Source of the DNA: Elusimicrobiota bacterium
GTDB lineage: Bacteria > Elusimicrobiota > Endomicrobiia > Endomicrobiales > JBDRNC01
NCBI GenBank assembly: GCA_043811535.1
Contig: JBDRNC010000004.1
Span: 32,001-96,000, forward strand
DNA length: 64,000 nt
Direction: 5' to 3'
Numbering within the stretch: the stretch's first letter is position 1; every line of letters starts with the position of its first letter. The translations under genes were made by a program, and so were the position numbers. The notes under the pieces were generated by a model, which did no database searches, was not told where the DNA came from, and saw nothing but the letters and a program-made list of their open reading frames with translations. Of the stretch, positions 57,084-64,000 are shown piece by piece.

Positions 57084-60000
57084 TTATTTTGCCACTACTA
57101 TCACGCCGTAAACTGATTTGCCTTCTGTCGTTTTTATCCTATAGATGTAAACGCCCGACTCCACGAACCTGCCTTCCTCGTCATAGCCGTTCCACTGTAT
57201 GGTACCGCCGCCGAAATCCTCTTTTGTAAAATCCACGGCCTGGTTTCCCGCGATATCGTAAACGGTGACCTCTTCCGCCTTGTACCCGAATGTGGCCGGC
57301 ATCATCGGCGTAATGAATTTTTCTTCCGGAGCCGAAAACAGCGCCGCCGAGCCGAGAGGGAATATGGCATACTTGCTGAAATGGTTTATCTTGACGGAGA
57401 CGGTGTTCTTTGTTTTGTCCACCGTGCCTCCGAGCAGGCGCCATTGCACGCCGTCCCAGTAGAATATCTGCAGCGCCGAAGTGTTCTCGTCTATGGAAGT
57501 CAGGGAACCGTCTTCCAGCTGGACTATCCCGGTGTCATTAGGGTCAAAATACAGCAATGTCAGCGTTACGGGCTTCGCGAAATTCGTGCCCGTGGGGCCG
57601 AAACTGTACGCCGCGACGGGTTTCCCGCTGTTCTTGGACCTGTCAACAGTATCATCCGTCACCGCGGGCTCGAGCGAGGCATCCCCCTGCGTTATCGTTA
57701 TCGCCACGGGCGCCGGCAACGCGCCGGCCGGTATGTCCAGTTTGACTTCGCCGTGTTTCGGGTCATTGTTCGGCAGGGACACCGATCCCGTCCGGACCGG
57801 CGGGAACTCGGTAGTGCGCGATACTGTTATCACCTGTGGTTCAGTCAGTGATTTCCAAAGGGCGGCGTTGCCCCGATTGTCCGCGGCCTGAACGAAGTAA
57901 TATATGCTGCCTTCCTGGTTTATCTTGTCGCCGGCAAGCGTGTATTCCCCCCTGCTTCCTCCGGAAATACCGGTCAAAGACATGTCGGCTGTCGCCCAGG
58001 ACCCGCTGTATAGCTTATACCACAGCCTGATGTACCCGACGCCGGAATTACTGTCGGTAGCCGTAGATACAAACACTATCGGCTGGCCCAGTATCCCGGC
58101 CTTGCTTATTTCCTCGGCATCCACACCGGGAGGTGTTGAATCAAGTTCCGTATAGCCGGTCGCGCCGTTTGATATATCCGACCAGTTTGACGCCTCATCT
58201 GATATCCATGCCCGAAAGTAATATGTAGTATCCCTGGTCAGGCTGGGTATAGTTAAGCCTACGGACGTCCCTGGCGCGCAGGGGATGCCCGGAGCCGTTG
58301 TCGTATACTGGGCCGATGCCCGCGTCCAGGATTCGTTCGGATCGGTCGAGTATTGCACCGAAACATTTGATCCCGAAGGAAGCGTCCCGCTGTATCCGTT
58401 GTCGCCGGGCGAAGACCATGCAAGTCCGATCGAACTCTCCGTGCTGGTTCCGCTGAACGCGAGATCGGTAACCGCGCCCGGAGCGGTATTATCGCCTTCA
58501 AATGACATGCTGGCGACTGTCAAGTTCTGATTAATGGCCGTGGTGTGCATGTTTATCTTTGGCAGGACAGATACAGTACCCGCGTCGTAAGTCAGGCCGG
58601 CAAGGCTCTGGCTTTGAGATCCTGTCTCAGCGGGATTCGCCACCACATTCCATTTTGTGGCCACATATGCCCCGTTAGTATCAAATTCATCCAGGGCGAT
58701 ATCAAATGTCGCATTGGCGGATATGCTGGAAACGTTGTAATTGAGTTTGCCGTTTGCTAGCGCGTTGACCGGCACGCGCGTAACTTCCCCGTTTATCGGA
58801 TAAACCCCGCCGGCATCCCAATTATTCAAGGTGGTGTACAATACAAGACTTCCTCCCACCGAATCAGTGCTTGCTCCCGCGCCGTAAGCCGCCCAATGAC
58901 TGGCTCCGCTTGGCGAAAAATCAGCCGTCCAGATAATGTCCCCGGACAGCGGTATCTTATAGGCATAGGCGAAGGCAAGATTGTTGACGGTAATATCTTC
59001 GCCCGATGAAGTCCATACGGACCAGTTAGTCCCGTCATATGTTTTTACCGCGAACCAGTATGTGGCTCCCGGCACCAGCGTTGCCGGAGTGGTGTAGGAA
59101 CAGTAATCGCCGGGAGAGACGTTTGACGTGGGAATATCAACCGTGTAATTGGAATATGGCGCGCTGTCGAAATTCGCAGCCGTTATTATCGCGTGCGAAG
59201 AGTAGCGTACGCGGAATATCCCGTCCGCTATCGCGTTTGAGGTTTCGTCATTTCCCGGCGCCGTCCATCTGAGCTTCACGCTTCCCTCAGACGCGCCCGG
59301 CAGGGCCGTAAGGTTGGATATCGCCGCGGGCGGGGTGTTATCTATTGCCGCATAGGCGAAAGCAAGATTGTTGACCGTAATATCTTCTCCGGACGAGACC
59401 CACACGGACCAGTTGGCCCCGTCATACGTCTTAACCGCGAACCAGTAGGTGGCCCCCGGTACCAGCGATGCCGGAGTGGTGTAGGAACAGTAATCGCCGA
59501 AAGAGACGTTTGACGTCGGAATATCAACCGTGTAATTGGAATACGGCACGTTGTCGAAATTCGCCGACGTTATTATCGCGTGAGAAGAGTAGCGTACGCG
59601 GAATATCCCGTCCGCTATCGCGTTGGAGACGTCGTCATTGCCCGGCGCCGTCCACCTGAGCTTCACTGTGCCGTTCGCCGCGCCCGTAAGCGCCGTTAGG
59701 TTGGATATCGCCGCGGGCGGTAAAAAATCGCTGATGGGAGTCGCGTAGGAGAAGGCAAGGTTATTCACCGTGATATCTTCGCCGGATGAAGTCCATACCG
59801 ACCAGTTCACGCAATCGCACGCTTTCATCGCGAACCAGTAGCTCGCGCCGGGAACAAGGCTTGTGATCACGTAACTGCAGGGCGCAAGCGGAGCCACTGA
59901 GGAACTCGCGAACAGAACAGAGTACGACGGCGACGGAGGATTGCCGTAATTCGCCTTGGTTATCTGTGATACGGATGTGTACTTTACCTCGTAATACCCG

Positions 60001-60665
60001 TCCAGGTTTCCCGTTATTCCGCTGTTGCCCGGCGCGGCCCATTGAAGTCTTATGGAACGCTCCGCCGCCCCCGGAAGCGCGGTAAGGGCGGATATCCCGG
60101 CGGGGGGCACACTGTCATCGGTAAGCGCCCGAATGTCATCCACAAATATATTGAAGGTTTCTCCAAGGGCGACTTCACCCCAGCTGCCTTCAACAGAAAA
60201 CTTGATATAGTCAATACTGGTGCGTGTCGCCGTCAAAGTCGCCACTATCAGCACCCACTGGTTCTCAACATATGAGCCGGAGTCAGGCGCGTGATTATTC
60301 AGCCAGTAAGTCTCACCCTGCCCGCCCGCGTTAGCGCCGTACTCGCAACATACCTGCCAGGAAGTGTCTTTATCGCTGTCAACTTTCAGCCAGAATATAA
60401 GCCTGTTATAGGCCGACCAGTCCTGGCTGGCAGGATTCCAATTTTTCGCGACAAAATTGGTCATTGCGGTCGAAGTCGACGTAAACGTATATACCATCGA
60501 ATACGCACCCTGTTTGGCGTCGGAACTGACGTTCTTTGTACCGGTGCCTCCCTCCACCTGCCAATCGCTGACGTCCTCCATGTCGTCGACAAGTTGGTCG
60601 GCATTGGCATTAGCGGCTACCAGAAACAATCCTGCAAGTAATACTGCCAGCCATGTTCTTTTCAT
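57084..60665 (-). CDS. Secreted modular protein: CBM11-like domain, Fn3-like repeats, WxADFSP domain, and C-terminal region shared with the 2994-aa protein
   Basis: Start set at MKRTWLAVLL (compare MKKTWLVVL of 54809-56014); LVDDMEDVSDW; 129-aa near-identical tandem repeat; ends GRFVESGVYIYRIKTTEGK..IVVAK. Confidence 0.85.
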   Translation of the reverse strand: MKRTWLAVLLAGLFLVAANANADQLVDDMEDVSDWQVEGGTGTKNVSSDAKQGAYSMVYTFTSTSTAMTNFVAKNWNPASQDWSAYNRLIFWLKVDSDKDTSWQVCCEYGANAGGQGETYWLNNHAPDSGSYVENQWVLIVATLTATRTSIDYIKFSVEGSWGEVALGETFNIFVDDIRALTDDSVPPAGISALTALPGAAERSIRLQWAAPGNSGITGNLDGYYEVKYTSVSQITKANYGNPPSPSYSVLFASSSVAPLAPCSYVITSLVPGASYWFAMKACDCVNWSVWTSSGEDITVNNLAFSYATPISDFLPPAAISNLTALTGAANGTVKLRWTAPGNDDVSNAIADGIFRVRYSSHAIITSANFDNVPYSNYTVDIPTSNVSFGDYCSYTTPASLVPGATYWFAVKTYDGANWSVWVSSGEDITVNNLAFAYAAIDNTPPAAISNLTALPGASEGSVKLRWTAPGNDETSNAIADGIFRVRYSSHAIITAANFDSAPYSNYTVDIPTSNVSPGDYCSYTTPATLVPGATYWFAVKTYDGTNWSVWTSSGEDITVNNLAFAYAYKIPLSGDIIWTADFSPSGASHWAAYGAGASTDSVGGSLVLYTTLNNWDAGGVYPINGEVTRVPVNALANGKLNYNVSSISANATFDIALDEFDTNGAYVATKWNVVANPAETGSQSQSLAGLTYDAGTVSVLPKINMHTTAINQNLTVASMSFEGDNTAPGAVTDLAFSGTSTESSIGLAWSSPGDNGYSGTLPSGSNVSVQYSTDPNESWTRASAQYTTTAPGIPCAPGTSVGLTIPSLTRDTTYYFRAWISDEASNWSDISNGATGYTELDSTPPGVDAEEISKAGILGQPIVFVSTATDSNSGVGYIRLWYKLYSGSWATADMSLTGISGGSRGEYTLAGDKINQEGSIYYFVQAADNRGNAALWKSLTEPQVITVSRTTEFPPVRTGSVSLPNNDPKHGEVKLDIPAGALPAPVAITITQGDASLEPAVTDDTVDRSKNSGKPVAAYSFGPTGTNFAKPVTLTLLYFDPNDTGIVQLEDGSLTSIDENTSALQIFYWDGVQWRLLGGTVDKTKNTVSVKINHFSKYAIFPLGSAALFSAPEEKFITPMMPATFGYKAEEVTVYDIAGNQAVDFTKEDFGGGTIQWNGYDEEGRFVESGVYIYRIKTTEGKSVYGVIVVAK

Positions 60666-60728
60666 TATTCGCTTTCTCTCCGCCGCCCGCCGCAATACAG
60701 ACACCGGCTGCGGAACCAGCGCCGCGGT

Positions 60729-61847
60729 TCAATCAAAACTCAAACTATTGATCACAAGGCTCTGATTAGTGGCGGTTGTGTGGACATTTATCTTGGGCAG
60801 AATATAAACGGTATTCGCGTCGTATTTAATGCCTTTCAAACTGATGCTATTGGGGCCTACAGGCCCGGGGTAAGCCACTACGTTCCACTTCGTGTTGACG
60901 TACACACCTTCGGAATCAAATTCATCCAGCGCGATATCGTAATTGAGCGCTTCGGTCCTGCTGGCGATGTTATAATACAGGTTCTTCGCGGAACTTGCCG
61001 GCGCTTGCGTGACTGTCGCGGCGTTCGGGTAGGCGCCGCCGGCATCCCAGCTGTTCAAAGAGACGGATATTACCAACTTGTCGTCAGTTGAGTTGACGGC
61101 CGCTCCCTCTCCGTACACCCGCCAGTCCTCTATGCCTTCCGGGGAGAAATCCGCCGACCATATAGCCGATTTCTTCGCTTTTTCTGCTTTTACGGTCTTT
61201 TCGGCTATTTTCATTTCAGTCATCTCTATTTTCGCCGATTTTGACGCCGCTTCTTCCTTTCCGGCGCTGAAAGACAGGATGGCGACTGTCAGGCTCTGGT
61301 TAGTGGCGGTCGTGTGGATATTTATCTTGGGCATGACGTAAACAGTGCCCGGGTCATAAGTGATGCCGGTCAGGTTGACGCTGCCGGAACCTACCTTAGC
61401 GGGATGCGGAACAACATTCCATTTTGTGTTGATATATGTTCCGTCCCCGTTAAATTCGTCCAGGGCGATATCATATGTAAGTCCGGATGTTTTGCTTATT
61501 ACTTTATAGTGCAGTTTCCCGTTGGCCAATTCCTTGACCTCCACCCGTGGAACCTGCGAAACGTCCGGATAAACCGCGCCGGCATCCCAGCTGTTCGCCA
61601 TGGCGGTCATTACCAGATTATCGTCCACGGAAGCGATCGATACCTGCCCTGCATCGCTCTGCCAGGCCAGCCATTTAGTGATGCCTTCAGCCGAGAAATC
61701 CGCCGTCCAGAAAGGCGTATTTTCGGCCATTTCCACTTTCGACGCCGCGGACCCGACCCGCTTGAACGAGAGTTTTTTGTTTGATGCGCCGAAAGCTATT
61801 CCAAACACGAAAGCGACAAGCAAGAATACTGAGGCTGCGCGTACCAT
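60729..61847 (-). CDS. Exported protein made of two WxADFSP domains (function unknown)
   Basis: Signal peptide, GGAGG RBS; two ~145-aa repeats W.ADFS.EGI..W...NSWDAG..YP...YDIALDEF...YxNTKWNVV..P...PKINxHTTATNQSL. Confidence 0.8.
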   Translation of the reverse strand: MVRAASVFLLVAFVFGIAFGASNKKLSFKRVGSAASKVEMAENTPFWTADFSAEGITKWLAWQSDAGQVSIASVDDNLVMTAMANSWDAGAVYPDVSQVPRVEVKELANGKLHYKVISKTSGLTYDIALDEFNGDGTYINTKWNVVPHPAKVGSGSVNLTGITYDPGTVYVMPKINIHTTATNQSLTVAILSFSAGKEEAASKSAKIEMTEMKIAEKTVKAEKAKKSAIWSADFSPEGIEDWRVYGEGAAVNSTDDKLVISVSLNSWDAGGAYPNAATVTQAPASSAKNLYYNIASRTEALNYDIALDEFDSEGVYVNTKWNVVAYPGPVGPNSISLKGIKYDANTVYILPKINVHTTATNQSLVINSLSFD

Positions 61848-61944
61848 AAATGACCTCCTCTACAGGAATTTTGTCCGGATCGCCCGAATTATTTAAAAAT
61901 ATCGCGTGAAAAACCGACGTCTGATTCCCTCTTCCGCTGCACAT

Positions 61945-61999
61945 ACTATACGCTGTATTTTCCTTCATTTCAGCGAATTAAATGCGAAAATATTGCGAA
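61945..61999 (-). promoter_or_regulatory. Promoter of the operon starting at 61847 with triple 11-bp-period direct repeat
   Basis: Minus-strand -10 TATAGT (61945-61950); plus-strand GCGAA at 61973, 61984, 61995. Confidence 0.6.
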
Positions 62000-62011
62000 A
62001 AATAACGCTTT

Positions 62012-64000
62012 TCAGCGGCGGGATGAAAAAGCCAATCCCGAAATAAAACAATATTCCCAGCCCCATTCATTCGCTCCGCCGGCCGCGTTCTCTATCTCTA
62101 TCTTTACTTCCTTGCCGGCATATTCCTTCAAATCGATCGCAAAATCTTTCCATCCCTTTCCGCTTTCCCGCGTGCCGGCGGAAATCAACTCCGATATTTT
62201 CTCTGAGCCGTTTACGCGGACGGCCAGCGCGAAATCGGCTATGCCGGGCCGGGCCGCGTCGGCGGATACCGAGAATTTAAGGTACGCGCCCCTGGCGGGA
62301 ACCCTTACCGCGCGCGAAAGGACGCACGGCGCGTCTTTTTCTTTCGGATGCAGGGCCAGTATCCATTTTCTCCCGGGATGAGGATAATCTTCCTCCCCCT
62401 CAAATGTTTCCTTGAATTTCACGTCCTTGCCCGAGTTTTCAACGGTCCAGTTCCTTGCCCAGTCTTTCTCATCGTCATTGAACAGCGCCGCTTCAGATCC
62501 CGTTCCCTTGATATTTTTCTTCGCCGCCGCGTCTTTCGTTCCCGAAAGGACCACGTCCGCCATATAGCAGTGTTCCCAATGCCATTCGTGTTTTCCGCCA
62601 GCGGCTGCCTCAAATTCAATATTTATGACTTTGTTCGCATAAGGCTTAAGGTCTATGCCTATATCGCGCCATCCGCCCGCAGAAACCTCGCGCCCCGCGG
62701 AAATCACGTCTTTAAACACGGTCCTGCCGTTTATCTTTATTTTAAAAACAAAATCGGCGAAATCGGGCCTGCCGGCATTCGCCGACAGCGCAAGAGCCAG
62801 CCTGCCGCCTGCTTTTGAAACCCTTACGGTCCTGCTCATAACGCATGGCTGGTCCTTTGACAACGGATGAAGGCACAGGATATTATTCTTACCGGGATGC
62901 GGAAAATCTATTTCCCACCTGAAATCCGATACCATTACGGGGCCTTTATCTGGGTCGCAGTCTTTTATTGCCCATCCGAGGGCCCATCCCTTCAACTGCA
63001 TGTTTTCTGTATACGCGAAGTCCGGGTCTATGTCTTCCAGGTATACGTCTGACAGGAAACAATGCCCGGCAAGCGTCAGTTCCGGGCCGACAGCTCCTGC
63101 GATCATTTCGATCCTGGCAGAGCCGCCCGCATACTTCTTCAAATCAACGCTTATATTTTTCCAGTCGTCCATTTCAGCGGCCTTAAAATCACCGTCAAAA
63201 GCATTCTTGCCGTTAACTTTCACCTTAAAATTGAAACCCGCGGTTCCCTGTTTTGCCGCGTTCGGTGATACCGAAAAATGAAGTATTGTCCCCTTTTCCG
63301 GTATCCACGCGTCGCGCGTTATTGATACGGGGTTTTTAACGGATTTCGGGAATACAAGCAATATGTCCTTTTTGCCTTCGTACGGCTTGTCATCCCTGCC
63401 CGAATAACTTATCCTGAATTCCGGCGGAACAGTGTCGCTGTTGCCGGCGATGCTCCATTTCCGGGCCCATCCGCCGAACCTTATCTTGTCATATACGGGT
63501 TCCCGGTCGACTCCTTCGATTTTCAATCCCGACACGAAAGCGTATGAAGCATCCCAGCCGTATGCGCTGTCCGCGTAAAACCTGATCTCAATGGACGCGG
63601 GACGTCCGCTGCGCCCGGCCAGGTCAAATTCGTAATCATGCCAGTTCGCTGCGGACAGCGCTTCGCCCGACCCGACCTGCTCACGCTTTATCTCGCTGCC
63701 GTCAACGCTGACGCTGAGCAGGAAACCCGATTGGCCGGGACGCGCCGCGTCGGCCGATACAGAAAATTTAAGTTTTGCGCCTTTCCCGGGAACGCTTACA
63801 AGCCGGTTCAGCGTCACGGGCATGTCTTTTGACATCGGCCTGACAAGCAGTATATTCTTTCTGCCGGGATTCGGGAAATAGCCGCAATCGTCATAACTGA
63901 CCTGAAATTTCGGCCCCGTCACGGCGTCGCAGGCCTGGATGCCCCAGTAATCGAACAATCCCCAATAATTCTTTTTTTCCGCCGGCGCGTCCTTTTCGGA
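62012..64000 (-). CDS. Protein with at least four tandem ~155-aa jelly-roll-like repeats (3' part; start lies beyond the window)
   Basis: The frame is open to position 64000 (SEKDAPAEKKNYWGLFDYW); repeats G.KxIL.L.P.S...P....R...VP..G..L.FSVS..A...W.D...DL..YAG....IE. Confidence 0.8.
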   Translation of the reverse strand, partial: SEKDAPAEKKNYWGLFDYWGIQACDAVTGPKFQVSYDDCGYFPNPGRKNILLVRPMSKDMPVTLNRLVSVPGKGAKLKFSVSADAARPGQSGFLLSVSVDGSEIKREQVGSGEALSAANWHDYEFDLAGRSGRPASIEIRFYADSAYGWDASYAFVSGLKIEGVDREPVYDKIRFGGWARKWSIAGNSDTVPPEFRISYSGRDDKPYEGKKDILLVFPKSVKNPVSITRDAWIPEKGTILHFSVSPNAAKQGTAGFNFKVKVNGKNAFDGDFKAAEMDDWKNISVDLKKYAGGSARIEMIAGAVGPELTLAGHCFLSDVYLEDIDPDFAYTENMQLKGWALGWAIKDCDPDKGPVMVSDFRWEIDFPHPGKNNILCLHPLSKDQPCVMSRTVRVSKAGGRLALALSANAGRPDFADFVFKIKINGRTVFKDVISAGREVSAGGWRDIGIDLKPYANKVINIEFEAAAGGKHEWHWEHCYMADVVLSGTKDAAAKKNIKGTGSEAALFNDDEKDWARNWTVENSGKDVKFKETFEGEEDYPHPGRKWILALHPKEKDAPCVLSRAVRVPARGAYLKFSVSADAARPGIADFALAVRVNGSEKISELISAGTRESGKGWKDFAIDLKEYAGKEVKIEIENAAGGANEWGWEYCFISGLAFSSRR

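Noticed and set aside
45414..60665. Diversity-generating retroelement acting on the near-identical repeats
   Set aside because: No reverse transcriptase is in the window; the repeats are in-frame coding modules and the differences seen do not look adenine-specific
25638..63832. Numerous short ORFs antisense or out of frame within the large CDSs
   Set aside because: They overlap well-supported genes, lack recognisable motifs, and are expected in GC-richer coding DNA

Overview
64-kb bacterial window read with the standard genetic code, since many genes end in TGA. The gene style (PorV/PorQ-like barrels paired with secreted proteins carrying T9SS/FlgD-like C-terminal domains, giant repeat proteins) suggests an Elusimicrobiota-like organism; that is an inference. 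The left part (1-24 kb) is visibly AT-richer and looks accessory. It holds the 5' end of a giant (>1700 aa) secreted YD-like repeat protein missed by the ORF track, a small primase-like + sigma-factor pair, a cargo-PorV/TPR-HK-RR-RR/GGDEF operon, and pseudogenes. It also holds four tRNA halves around a GIY-YIG nuclease gene, a complete IS3 element, and a duplicated lipoprotein + inactivated NlpC/P60 cassette. The right part (24-64 kb) holds an NCS2 permease, a candidate sRNA, a second HK + RR/GGDEF module and a PAS-GGDEF-HD-GYP protein. It ends in a large glycan-utilisation cluster: CBM32-GH, LacI, GH13, two GH65, GH130, beta-PGM, and modular secreted Fn3/LamG proteins each with its own PorV-like gene. 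Three promoters in that cluster share a triple 11-bp-period GCGAA repeat at a fixed distance from the -10 box. Many intergenic REP/MITE-like and heptamer repeats are present. No rRNA, intact tRNA, CRISPR array or integrase was found. All family assignments come from motif recognition by eye, not database searches.
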